A DNA stretch of 42,652 nucleotides from a virus (lineage: Duplodnaviria > Caudoviricetes): positions 1-42,652 of IMG/VR virus record IMGVR_UViG_3300047440_000108; one strand, 5' to 3'. This document shows, one piece after another, positions 35,051 to 42,652 of this stretch (position 1 is its first letter; each line of letters starts with the position of its first letter). Position numbers and translations under genes: made by a program. The notes under the pieces were generated by a model. The model did not search any database and had not been told where the DNA came from. It was given only the letters and a program-made list of their open reading frames with translations.

Positions 35051-37039
35051 CTACTTGCGATATCGCGAACTTCTCCAGCCTTCGGCTGTGACAGGAAGAC
35101 CGCCGGCCCAATCGGGCGTAGCGGCCATCAGCTTTTCGATCTGCTTGAGGGTGCTATCCTCGCACGAGGTTGCGATTTCCGCAACGATTTCATCGTGCAC
35201 GGTGGCGCAAATAGGGAAACCACCGGCCTCGATTGTGAACATCGAGTGTCGCAGCAGATCGGCGGCCACGGCCTGGGTCACGTTCTCCGCGAGGGAACCG
35301 CCGTAGGTGCTGATGCGCTGCCAGGAGCCCTTGCTGTTGGGGTCGGGTATCAGCTTCAGCTTGCGGCTCGGATCGACCACCGTCATGTAGGTCAGCGCGT
35401 CCTTCTGCGCGCCCCACGGGGTCTCGACCTGGCGGATCTCGGGGTACGGGTAGCAGAGCACACGTCCGCTCGGCAGCCGGCACCACAGGAACGAGCCCGA
35501 CTTCACGTAGGTGGTCTCGCGGCCCTTGGCGCCGGCGCTGTGCTTGCCCCCCTTGGTGAGGGCTGCGATCGCGGCATCCTCCAGCCTGTACCAGTAGTTG
35601 ACCGTGGCCTCGTTGGCTGCGCGCCAGGCGGCCTTGATCTCGTCGGCCTCCACGTCCGGCACCTTGACACCGTAGACCCGGGCCATCGACTGGAAGGCGC
35701 CGACACCGCCGCCGTAGCCCAGCGCGAGCACGGCGACCTTGCCGATCTGGCGCTGGGCCTTGGTCACGCTCTCCATCGAGACGTGGTAGACGCCAGCCGC
35801 AGCGTGCTCGTAGATCTTGCCGTGGGTGCGGAAGATGTCGAGCACGCTTTCCTGACCAGCCAGCCACGCCAACACGCGCGCCTCGATGGCGCTGAAGTCC
35901 ATCGCCACCAGGTCCTTGCCGGGGGCCGGCACGATCATGCCGCGCAGGCAGGACGAGAGCACGTCCATCGGTTGGCCGTACATCACGTCGATGTATGTGC
36001 GGTCATGCAGGTGGGCGATCGCGTCTTCCACTTCATGGGGTTTGAGGTTGCCGCGCGGCATGTTCCCGGGCTGGATCCCGCGGTGCGCCCACCGGCCCGT
36101 GGCCGCGCCGTGGTACTGGAAGCACCCGCGCACCCGGCCATCAGCTGACGCGCGTTCCTTCATCGCGATCAGCTTGGCAGTGGAAGACTTGGCAGCCTCG
36201 CGGCGCAGGTGCAGCGCGGCTTCCACCGCCGGCGGTAGATCACCTTCCAGCGCGTCGAGCACATCCGCCTTGGCCAGGCCCTTGATCTCCACACCCTGGC
36301 TGCGGATCCACTTCACCAGCAGCTGGACCTCGGTGCACGCGCCGACCACACCGCCTGTCGTGCGCAGCATCTCAGCGTTCAGCCGCTTCTTCTCGGCCTC
36401 GACCAGCGCGATGGCCTTGTCGATGGCCGGCAGGTCGACGCGGACCCCGCGCTGGTTGATCTTGAAGTCGAGCTGCCACACCTTCTGCTCGTAGGGCGAC
36501 AGCTCCATCATGCGGTGGTGCAACGCGCGCTCCACCTCGACATCGCCGATGCAATAGTTGTGGAGCTGCTGAAACTTCTCCGGCGCTTCAGCCTGAGTCC
36601 AGAACGTGCCGTCGGGCTTGGGCTTGGCCAGCTGCAGCATCACACGCTTGCCCACCATGTCTTTGCGCTGCTCAATGCCGAGTGCGGGCGCCGCGTTCTC
36701 CAGCGCGCCAGGCAGGCCCATTGCATACGCGGCGGCCATCGTGCACCGCATCTGTTCGATGCTGACGCGCGGCCAGTCGTGGCTCGGCACGAGCACTTTG
36801 TTGATGAGCGCAATTTCGAACGCCGCGTTGTGCGCGTACACCAGACCGCCGCTGCGGATGTGGTTGAACACGGCTTCAGGCGGTGGCACAGCGGGCGTCC
36901 ACAGCTCGACCACACCGTCATCGAAGGCGTAGGCTGCGCAGTGGACACCGGTGCTCATGTCGTCCGCATAGTTGGCCAGGCCGCGGTCCTTCAGCTCACA
37001 GGCGGAAAAAGTTTCAAGATCGATGTGGAGGATGGTCAT
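35051..37039 (-). CDS. Family A DNA polymerase with 3'-5' exonuclease
   Basis: IDLETFS, AHNAAFE, DFSAIEAR, RQIGKVAVLALGY, VHDE; ATGA overlap at 37039. Confidence 0.95.
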   Translation of the reverse strand: MTILHIDLETFSACELKDRGLANYADDMSTGVHCAAYAFDDGVVELWTPAVPPPEAVFNHIRSGGLVYAHNAAFEIALINKVLVPSHDWPRVSIEQMRCTMAAAYAMGLPGALENAAPALGIEQRKDMVGKRVMLQLAKPKPDGTFWTQAEAPEKFQQLHNYCIGDVEVERALHHRMMELSPYEQKVWQLDFKINQRGVRVDLPAIDKAIALVEAEKKRLNAEMLRTTGGVVGACTEVQLLVKWIRSQGVEIKGLAKADVLDALEGDLPPAVEAALHLRREAAKSSTAKLIAMKERASADGRVRGCFQYHGAATGRWAHRGIQPGNMPRGNLKPHEVEDAIAHLHDRTYIDVMYGQPMDVLSSCLRGMIVPAPGKDLVAMDFSAIEARVLAWLAGQESVLDIFRTHGKIYEHAAAGVYHVSMESVTKAQRQIGKVAVLALGYGGGVGAFQSMARVYGVKVPDVEADEIKAAWRAANEATVNYWYRLEDAAIAALTKGGKHSAGAKGRETTYVKSGSFLWCRLPSGRVLCYPYPEIRQVETPWGAQKDALTYMTVVDPSRKLKLIPDPNSKGSWQRISTYGGSLAENVTQAVAADLLRHSMFTIEAGGFPICATVHDEIVAEIATSCEDSTLKQIEKLMAATPDWAGGLPVTAEGWRSSRYRK
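35169..35185. promoter_or_regulatory. 17-bp operator inside the 3' end of the polymerase gene
   Basis: GTTGCGATTTCCGCAAC palindrome, 15/17 identical to 40304-40320. Confidence 0.55.
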
Positions 37040-37239
37040 TTGGATCCCAGTCGCTGAAGGATCGCTTCCGCCTGCGCCCGCGCCGCCTCGCATTCAGCGC
37101 CCGATGCGTTCTCCGCCGTGTCCAGTAGCGCCTCCACCAAGCGCGCGTGGGCGCGTCGCAGCAGGGCAGCGCCCGCCTTTAAATCGGCGACGACGGCCGC
37201 CATGACCTGGGCATCGATGTGGGGCTGGTCTTCGTTCAT
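37036..37239 (-). CDS. Hypothetical protein
   Basis: AAGGA SD; coupled to the polymerase gene. Confidence 0.65.
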   Translation of the reverse strand: MNEDQPHIDAQVMAAVVADLKAGAALLRRAHARLVEALLDTAENASGAECEAARAQAEAILQRLGSK

Positions 37240-37259
37240 GACTTGTCCTTAGAGGGGTC
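37240..37259 (-). promoter_or_regulatory. ACAA-bulge RNA hairpin, copy 3 (occludes the SD of the polymerase block)
   Basis: GAC-C-CCT-CTA-AGG-ACAA-GTC immediately before ATG 37239. Confidence 0.5.
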
Positions 37260-37260
37260 G

Positions 37261-37285
37261 AAAAAAGCGCCCCCGAAGGAGCGCT
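37261..37285 (-). terminator. Intrinsic terminator
   Basis: Minus strand AGCGCTCC-TTCG-GGGGCGCT hairpin followed by a T run. Confidence 0.8.
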
Positions 37286-37302
37286 GCCTAAAGATCGAAA
37301 CG

Positions 37303-37761
37303 CTACCGGAGCCCGTTCAGGTATCCGCCACCCGGCTTGGTGGTCAGCACCTGGTCACGTGGCTTCTTGCCCTGCTCCGCGATCGCGATGTGCACCCAGC
37401 CTCCCGTCGAGCTCTCAGGGAATTCCAGGATCAGCTGATCGAACACCACGATCTCGTCGACGATCAACTGCGCCAGCTTGCGGTTGGGCATGCCGGGGCA
37501 GATGATGTCGGCGGCGCAGCCGGTGGTGTGGGCGCTGTTGGCGACGCCTCCTACCAAGTGGTTGACTTCCGGCGAGCGGTAGCCAGAGGAAATCACGATC
37601 GGCTTGCCGGCGACGGCGCGCACATGTTCGAGCGTGTTGACCAGGCGCTTCAGGTTGGCCAGCGCTGCGGCATCGGGCTCATTGGGCAGCCCGTTGCGGG
37701 CCGCCGTCTGCGATGCCGTCAGCTCGCCCAGCGTGAAATGCGGGGAGAGCTGATCCATCAA
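37303..37761 (-). CDS. Endolysin, peptidase M15 family
   Basis: SPHFTLGEL, SSGYRS..VN..VGG...SAH..GCAAD, WVH. Confidence 0.9.
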   Translation of the reverse strand: MMDQLSPHFTLGELTASQTAARNGLPNEPDAAALANLKRLVNTLEHVRAVAGKPIVISSGYRSPEVNHLVGGVANSAHTTGCAADIICPGMPNRKLAQLIVDEIVVFDQLILEFPESSTGGWVHIAIAEQGKKPRDQVLTTKPGGGYLNGLR

Positions 37762-38351
37762 TCGAACAGCGCGCCTGCGCCGGCCTTGGTGTCAGCCGCA
37801 CCGAACGCCTTGTTGGCGGGGATGCGCGTCTGACCGAGCGGGTCATTGCTGTGGCCCTTCGGCGTGTTCACCTTCTGCACGTTCTGCATGTAGAAGCCGA
37901 CGCCCTTGTTGCCGCTCTTGTCGTACCAGGCTGCGTTCACCTGAACGCGATACCACGCGCCCGAGTACAGCTCGGTCGGGTCGATCACGTCCTGCAGGTT
38001 CGCATCAACCACGCCGGGCTTCTGCGACTGGCCGTTCTTGTCGAACTCGTTCATGGAGAAGCGCATCGTGGTCCAGTCATCACCGATGGCATCCGGCTTC
38101 TTGTCGATCTCTTCGGCCGAACGGAACGGCGAGCGGAAGACCTTCGGACGCTTGGACTTGTCGTCGCCGAACTTCTTGACCAAGGCGGCCTCGACAGCGG
38201 CTTCCATCGGGCCGAAGTCGGTGTCGGGCGGGAAGTACGCCTGGATGGAGTACGCCTTGCCGTTCTCAGGCTTGGCCTTGTCCTTCAATTGCGGCACGGT
38301 GACGAACACGAAGTTGCCGCGGAACACTGGAGTGATGAGATCTGTAGACAT
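37758..38351 (-). CDS. ssDNA-binding protein (DUF2815 / gp2.5-like)
   Basis: PGVVDANLQ...ELYSGAW...GNKGVGFYMQNVQK; C-terminal LFD. Confidence 0.85.
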   Translation of the reverse strand: MSTDLITPVFRGNFVFVTVPQLKDKAKPENGKAYSIQAYFPPDTDFGPMEAAVEAALVKKFGDDKSKRPKVFRSPFRSAEEIDKKPDAIGDDWTTMRFSMNEFDKNGQSQKPGVVDANLQDVIDPTELYSGAWYRVQVNAAWYDKSGNKGVGFYMQNVQKVNTPKGHSNDPLGQTRIPANKAFGAADTKAGAGALFD

Positions 38352-38359
38352 GAGATACC

Positions 38360-39604
38360 TCAGTTGGATTTGGAAAATACCGATTTCGCGTCGAGCTTGA
38401 CTGCTTCCCGCTTGTCGGTTTGGTGTACCAGCGTGTGACCGCTGGATTCTTTCACACACAGCTCGTCGAGCAACGCGCGCTTGTCTTTCGGCAGCAGCTT
38501 CTCGATCACCGCCGGTGACTTGATCGACTTCTCCCAGATCAAGTCTGCTTCGAGCAGCAGCGAGCCGAACTCCAGCTTCTCAGCGAGAGCGTCGCCTTCC
38601 AGCCGCCACTTCCGCGTCGCGCGCTTCTCCACCAACTTGTAGTTGGGGATTTCGTGACCCTTCTCAGCCTCACTGTAGCTGAACTCGCGGACGTTCTTGA
38701 TCCAGGCTTCCAGGATCGGCAGCCAGTCCAGCGTCTCAGCCAGGGCCTTGGCATCGTAGCCGTTGCTGGCACCTGCGGCGGGTGGGGCAAACACCTGCTT
38801 CGCCAGCTCCTGCGCCTTGCCCTTCAGCTTTGGGCACACCGGCGCGGCGGGGCACCAGCGGCAGTGGTCGCCTTGCTTCAGGTAGCGCTCCTGCCAGCCG
38901 ATCGGGTCGTGCAGCGACCAGTCGCGCGTCGCCTGCTCAGTCCGATTCACCTCGTCCACCAGGTCGGCAGCCATGTCGACGAAGTAGGACACGGGCAGCG
39001 TCTTCCTGCGCGTGGCACCGTCGGCATGGAAAGCGCGAGGCTGGTCGATCACGATCTCGACTTCGACCGGCTTCCACTCGGGGAACTTGAGCAGCGCGCC
39101 AAGCGCGTAGCCTTCCAGCTGCACGTTGGCTTCGCCATCCTCGTCCTCGATCTCGACGGCGACACCGGCTCCGTACTTCAGGTCGCGCACCTGGAGCTTG
39201 CGCGCCTTGGGAAACCAGATCGCCACGTCACCGGTGCCGAACAGATCCTTGTGCAGTTGGTGCAGGTGGAACCGTTCTTCGACCAGCAGCTCGTAGTCTA
39301 GATCTTCCAACAGTTCGCAGCGGATGTTGGTGAGCACGTCCTGGATGTGGGTGGCCATCTCGTCAGTGACGATGAAAGCCTTGTCCACGCCGTGGTCCTC
39401 GTAGGCTAAGTCGGTGCCGATCATGTCGATCGCTTCGGTGCCCTTGCGCAGGCAGTATTCCTGCAGCGCGTGGGCCGCGGTGCCCTCGTCAGCGAACTTG
39501 CTCGACCTGGACGGGATGCCCTCGGACAGCTTGATGCTGCCCGGGCATTCTGACCACCTCTTGCGCGATGAGAAGCCAACTGGGGAGTGCTGGGGCAGGG
39601 TCAC
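38360..39604 (-). CDS. Cas4-like PD-(D/E)xK exonuclease (DUF2800)
   Basis: HS...RWSECPGS, EGTAAH, FGTGD, DLKYG, NVQL..YALG, HCRWC. Confidence 0.9.
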   Translation of the reverse strand: MTLPQHSPVGFSSRKRWSECPGSIKLSEGIPSRSSKFADEGTAAHALQEYCLRKGTEAIDMIGTDLAYEDHGVDKAFIVTDEMATHIQDVLTNIRCELLEDLDYELLVEERFHLHQLHKDLFGTGDVAIWFPKARKLQVRDLKYGAGVAVEIEDEDGEANVQLEGYALGALLKFPEWKPVEVEIVIDQPRAFHADGATRRKTLPVSYFVDMAADLVDEVNRTEQATRDWSLHDPIGWQERYLKQGDHCRWCPAAPVCPKLKGKAQELAKQVFAPPAAGASNGYDAKALAETLDWLPILEAWIKNVREFSYSEAEKGHEIPNYKLVEKRATRKWRLEGDALAEKLEFGSLLLEADLIWEKSIKSPAVIEKLLPKDKRALLDELCVKESSGHTLVHQTDKREAVKLDAKSVFSKSN

Positions 39605-39828
39605 GCCAGCTCCTCGTCGCCACCTTCGAACTCCGCCTTCAACGCCAGGTACTGCGCGCGGCGTTCTCCCTTGGCGATTTCTTCGCTGAACAGGCTTTCT
39701 TCCGATTCGTTGAGCAGGCTTTCAGCGATGTCGTGATCGGTGCCGTATCGTTCGTCTTTTCTGTTGTCGTCCAAGGCGCCCAGAACCAAGTCCCGGAACT
39801 CGTTGAACTGTTTGCGGCTGATGTTCAC
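39601..39828 (-). CDS. Small acidic hypothetical protein
   Basis: GTGA overlaps at both ends; ERRAQYLALKAEFE. Confidence 0.65.
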   Translation of the reverse strand: MNISRKQFNEFRDLVLGALDDNRKDERYGTDHDIAESLLNESEESLFSEEIAKGERRAQYLALKAEFEGGDEELA

Positions 39829-40262
39829 GCTGCCTCCAACACCGGGCACGCGGCCACGAAGTCGCCCTTCATGGCATCCGGCTTCTCGGCGAGTTCGCTG
39901 ATGCGGTTGCAGCCGAAGCCTTTGAGCAGTTCGATGCCGGCCGGCATGCCTTCCTTGGCCGTGAAGCGCTGCAGCGCGGCGCGCAGGTCGTCGATGGTGA
40001 GGGGCTGGGCCTTGGGAGCCGCCTCAACCCAAGGCGGGGTTTCAGCAACGGGCGCTTCTTCCTTGGCCTTGGGCTTGCGAGCCTTCGGCTTCTCAACCTC
40101 GGGCTCAGGTTCCGCGGGCGCGGCAGCTTCAACGACAGGCTCGACCACCGGCTGCGGTGCGGGTGGAGCTGCCACGGCGGCGGTGGCGGGCATGAGCGAG
40201 TTCAGGATGCGCAGAGCGATAACGCACTCGTGGGCGCTGGTCAGATCGATGTGCAGTTGCAT
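39825..40262 (-). CDS. Conserved phage protein upstream of the Cas4-like nuclease
   Basis: Pro/Ala/Glu-rich linker, then TIDDLRAAL...ELLKGFGCNRISEL. Confidence 0.75.
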   Translation of the reverse strand: MQLHIDLTSAHECVIALRILNSLMPATAAVAAPPAPQPVVEPVVEAAAPAEPEPEVEKPKARKPKAKEEAPVAETPPWVEAAPKAQPLTIDDLRAALQRFTAKEGMPAGIELLKGFGCNRISELAEKPDAMKGDFVAACPVLEAA

Positions 40263-40290
40263 GTTTTGCCTTGTCGGTTGGTGTGATTGG

Positions 40291-40320
40291 ATCGTAGCAC
40301 TACGTTGCGATAACCGCAAC
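40291..40320 (-). promoter_or_regulatory. Sigma70-like promoter with operator over the -35 (40304-40320)
   Basis: TTGCGG-17 nt-TACGAT; GTTGCGATAACCGCAAC. Confidence 0.7.
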
Positions 40321-40329
40321 GTCATGTCG

Positions 40330-41712
40330 TTAAAAAATCTTCGTGAGCTCGCGGCTTTTTCGCAACAGCGTGGCCTGGACCTGCTCGTCCACCGAGCCTT
40401 CGCAGCTGAAGTAGCGCACGCGCACGGGTCGGGTTTGACCGATGCGGTGGCAGCGCATCGCAGCCTGCGCATTGTTGCTCGGCACCCAGTCGGCCTCAAG
40501 GAACGCCACCTCGCAGCTGCTGGTCAGCGTGATGCCGGTGCCGGCAGCCTGGACGTTGCCGATGAACACCCGGCACTTGGGGTCGTTCATGAACTTGTCG
40601 ACGTTCTGCTGCTTTTTCTTGGGGTCGGTGCCGCCGTACAGTGTGACCGCGCCGTACTTGGCCAGCTTCAGTCGTGCCCCCTCGATCACGTCGCGGTGCA
40701 CGGCGAAGATCACTACCTTGTCGACCTGCTTGGACTCAAGTTCCTCAGCCAGGATGTCGCAGACGCTGGGCACCTTGGCCATACCGATGTAGCGGCGCAG
40801 CGTGACCAGGCTCTTGGCCATGGACTCCAGCACCTTCAGCTTGTCGTTGGTGGGGGTGGCCACGTTCTTCTCGCGGATGGTCTCCAGCGCGGCGCGCAGC
40901 ACGGTGTCGGCCTGCTTGATCTCACCGAGGAACTCAGGGAGGGTTTTCCCTCGCATGGCCTCGAAGAAGATGATGTCGAGCTCGACCTTGGAGCGTTCGA
41001 CGGTGACCTCTTGGTAGGTGATAGCTGGGAGTTCTTTCATCACGTCGTCTTTCTTTCTGCGCAGCATGAACTGCGCGAGTAGTTGCTTGAGTTCTTCGGT
41101 GTTCTTGTGGCCGGTTATCTTGAAGCCGTAGTCGGAATCGAAGCCGGTGCAGAAGCGGAATGTGAAGTCCCAGAAAGCTTCGGTCACCACGCCAGCGCTC
41201 TTGAGATGGGTCCACAGCTCGGAGGCATCGTTGGGCGCTGGTGTGCCTGACAGGCGCCAGATCCGATCGGTGTGAGCCGCCAGGCCGGGCGACTTGACGT
41301 TGTGGCCGTAGATGGCCTTCGTGCGCGCGGCGCTGCGGTTCTTCAGGAAGTGGGCCTCGTCGGGCACGATCACACACCACTGACGGGCCTTCAGCTGCTT
41401 CAGGATGGCAGGGTTGACCGCCAGGTCATAGCTGCAGATCACCACCCCACTGGCCGGCACCTTGTCGCGGCCGGTAAGCAGCACCGTGCACGGCCGATCC
41501 ATCGGGCTGAAGCGGGCGAACTCCCGGCTCCAGTTGACGCGCACGTTGGCCGGGCAGAACACCAGGATGTTGCTGGCGCCGATGATGTCGGCAGCGAGGA
41601 TGGCCTGGCAGGACTTGCCCAGGCCCATCTCGTCGCCCAGCAGCGCCTGCGTCTTGCCTGCCAGGAACACCGCGCCTTCCTTCTGGTAGGGGAAAGCTTC
41701 AAGCAGCTCCAC
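40330..41712 (-). CDS. SNF2-family helicase
   Basis: DEMGLGKS, DEAH, LSGTP, GITLT, QAAMRCHRIGQ. Confidence 0.93.
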   Translation of the reverse strand: MELLEAFPYQKEGAVFLAGKTQALLGDEMGLGKSCQAILAADIIGASNILVFCPANVRVNWSREFARFSPMDRPCTVLLTGRDKVPASGVVICSYDLAVNPAILKQLKARQWCVIVPDEAHFLKNRSAARTKAIYGHNVKSPGLAAHTDRIWRLSGTPAPNDASELWTHLKSAGVVTEAFWDFTFRFCTGFDSDYGFKITGHKNTEELKQLLAQFMLRRKKDDVMKELPAITYQEVTVERSKVELDIIFFEAMRGKTLPEFLGEIKQADTVLRAALETIREKNVATPTNDKLKVLESMAKSLVTLRRYIGMAKVPSVCDILAEELESKQVDKVVIFAVHRDVIEGARLKLAKYGAVTLYGGTDPKKKQQNVDKFMNDPKCRVFIGNVQAAGTGITLTSSCEVAFLEADWVPSNNAQAAMRCHRIGQTRPVRVRYFSCEGSVDEQVQATLLRKSRELTKIF

Positions 41713-41962
41713 GCTTCCCCTTCACAGCCGCACGCGGCAGCGTGGCCAGCAGCTCGATGTACTCGCGCAGCAATTCGGCATAGCCAAGCCAATACGGGTC
41801 GGTCTCGGTGGCCAGGATCTCGTCGGGTGTTCGCTTAGGTACGAACGCTTGGAAGCGCGCGGCCAGGCCCGGTGGCAGCGGATTCGGCGCGGCCCGCAGT
41901 TCTTCCATCATCTCCAGCGCGACGACGAAGGCGGCCCTGGCCACGCGTTGGTCAGGTGTCAT
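41699..41962 (-). CDS. Hypothetical protein
   Basis: MTPDQRVARAAF...; ATGA overlap at 41962. Confidence 0.65.
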   Translation of the reverse strand: MTPDQRVARAAFVVALEMMEELRAAPNPLPPGLAARFQAFVPKRTPDEILATETDPYWLGYAELLREYIELLATLPRAAVKGKRGAA

Positions 41963-42045
41963 TTGGTCCATGGGCATTTGCCGCGGGTGTGCGAGCTGCT
42001 GCCGCACATGGTGCAGCGGGTGAAGATGACGTAGCGGCCGGTCAT
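41959..42045 (-). CDS. 28-aa CCHC zinc-knuckle microprotein (not in ORF track)
   Basis: MTGRYVIFTRCTMCGSSSHTRGKCPWTK = CX2CX4HX4C; ATGA overlaps at both ends. Confidence 0.7.
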   Translation of the reverse strand: MTGRYVIFTRCTMCGSSSHTRGKCPWTK

Positions 42046-42329
42046 ACTGAAACGCCTTCCAGCCGGTCAGCCACCAGCTTGGCGTAGCCAGCGATGTCGA
42101 CCCAGCTATCCGCGTAGTTGGGGTCGCCGTTGAGGATGCGGGCAAGCTTGTGCGCGATCATGTCCATTGCTTCCATCTGGTCGGCCGCGAACGTGCGTTC
42201 AGGACGGGCGAGCACTGCGTCATGGATGACCAGCTTCAACCGGGTGGAGATGGCCGCGTGGCCGGTGAACTTGCCGTAGCGGGTGCCGCGCTCCGCCAGC
42301 GTGGCGGCGATGTCGTTTGGCTGGGTCAC
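42042..42329 (-). CDS. DUF6378-like protein
   Basis: TLAERGTRYG...MIAHKLARILNGDPNYADSWVDIAGYAKL; GTG start overlaps the upstream stop. Confidence 0.8.
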   Translation of the reverse strand: MTQPNDIAATLAERGTRYGKFTGHAAISTRLKLVIHDAVLARPERTFAADQMEAMDMIAHKLARILNGDPNYADSWVDIAGYAKLVADRLEGVSV

Positions 42330-42451
42330 AGCTGAATCCCCCGGCAGTTGCACGGCCGGCGGCCCCGGTCGCATGCGCCGCGGCATGGAGGAGCGCCACG
42401 GACGAGCCGGCGCATGAGACGGAACAGCTTGAGGAATAGGCTATTGGGCAT
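42326..42451 (-). CDS. 41-aa basic Cys-rich microprotein (not in ORF track)
   Basis: MPNSLFLKLFRLMRRLVRGAPPCRGACDRGRRPCNCRGIQL; GGAG SD; GTGA overlap. Confidence 0.65.
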   Translation of the reverse strand: MPNSLFLKLFRLMRRLVRGAPPCRGACDRGRRPCNCRGIQL

Positions 42452-42652
42452 GGTGGGCTCCGTAATAGGAAATGAGCAAAGCTTCCGCGCGGCCATCCAG
42501 GCCAGCGCCGCGTGGGCCGTACAGCTGCGACTTGAGGGCTGGGAAAAGCTGCTCGGCGAGCTTGACTGACATCGACTTGTCTTCGCCGCGCAGGCCCATG
42601 GCGGGCTTCCACTTGCTTGAGCTGACGTGGGTGATCGGGATGCCGGCTGCTT
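42441..42652 (-). CDS. RuvC-like resolvase, 3' part
   Basis: ...AEQLFP...LDGRAEALLISYYG then TAG at 42441-42443; in frame across the circular junction. Confidence 0.85.
   Translation of the reverse strand, partial: AAGIPITHVSSSKWKPAMGLRGEDKSMSVKLAEQLFPALKSQLYGPRGAGLDGRAEALLISYYGAHHAQ
42529..42652. repeat. Terminal direct repeat, copy 2
   Basis: Identical to 1-124. Confidence 0.95.

Noticed and set aside
39378-39398. Fourth GGACAAG hairpin on the minus strand
   Set aside because: It lies inside a coding region and the outer stem does not pair
38360-39604. CRISPR-Cas system suggested by the Cas4-like gene
   Set aside because: No repeat-spacer array or other cas genes; this nuclease is a standard replication-module gene beside SSB and PolA

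Overview
The window is a complete, circularly closed temperate podovirus genome of about 42,528 bp; bases 1-124 are repeated at 42529-42652, and a RuvC-like gene reads through that junction. It is GC-rich, resembles BPP-1/APSE-type phages, and the host is probably a betaproteobacterium (inference). The plus strand (about 3983-29854) carries terS, HNH, terL, portal, scaffold, capsid, tail tubular proteins, three ejection proteins (one with a lytic transglycosylase, one a 1533-aa polyvalent protein with GNAT- and ADP-ribosyltransferase-like inserts), a tailspike, a membrane/holin/spanin cassette and two extra virion genes. The minus strand carries a Cro-led early operon (resolvase, SNF2 helicase, Cas4-like nuclease, SSB, M15 endolysin, family A DNA polymerase, primase-helicase, DNA methyltransferase) and a xis/int pair. 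The main non-coding signals are: (1) a putative attP whose core GACTTTTAA equals a tRNA-Lys anticodon loop, next to a complete phage tRNA-Lys(UUU), suggesting tRNA-replacement lysogeny; (2) a 20-22 bp motif flanking that core twice and recurring inside terS near the probable packaging site; (3) a covarying RNA hairpin with an ACAA bulge in the leaders of three transcription units; (4) a 17-bp operator family at most promoters. Several translationally coupled microproteins are missed by the ORF track, including a CCHC zinc-knuckle peptide. All family assignments come from motif recognition by eye; no searches were run.
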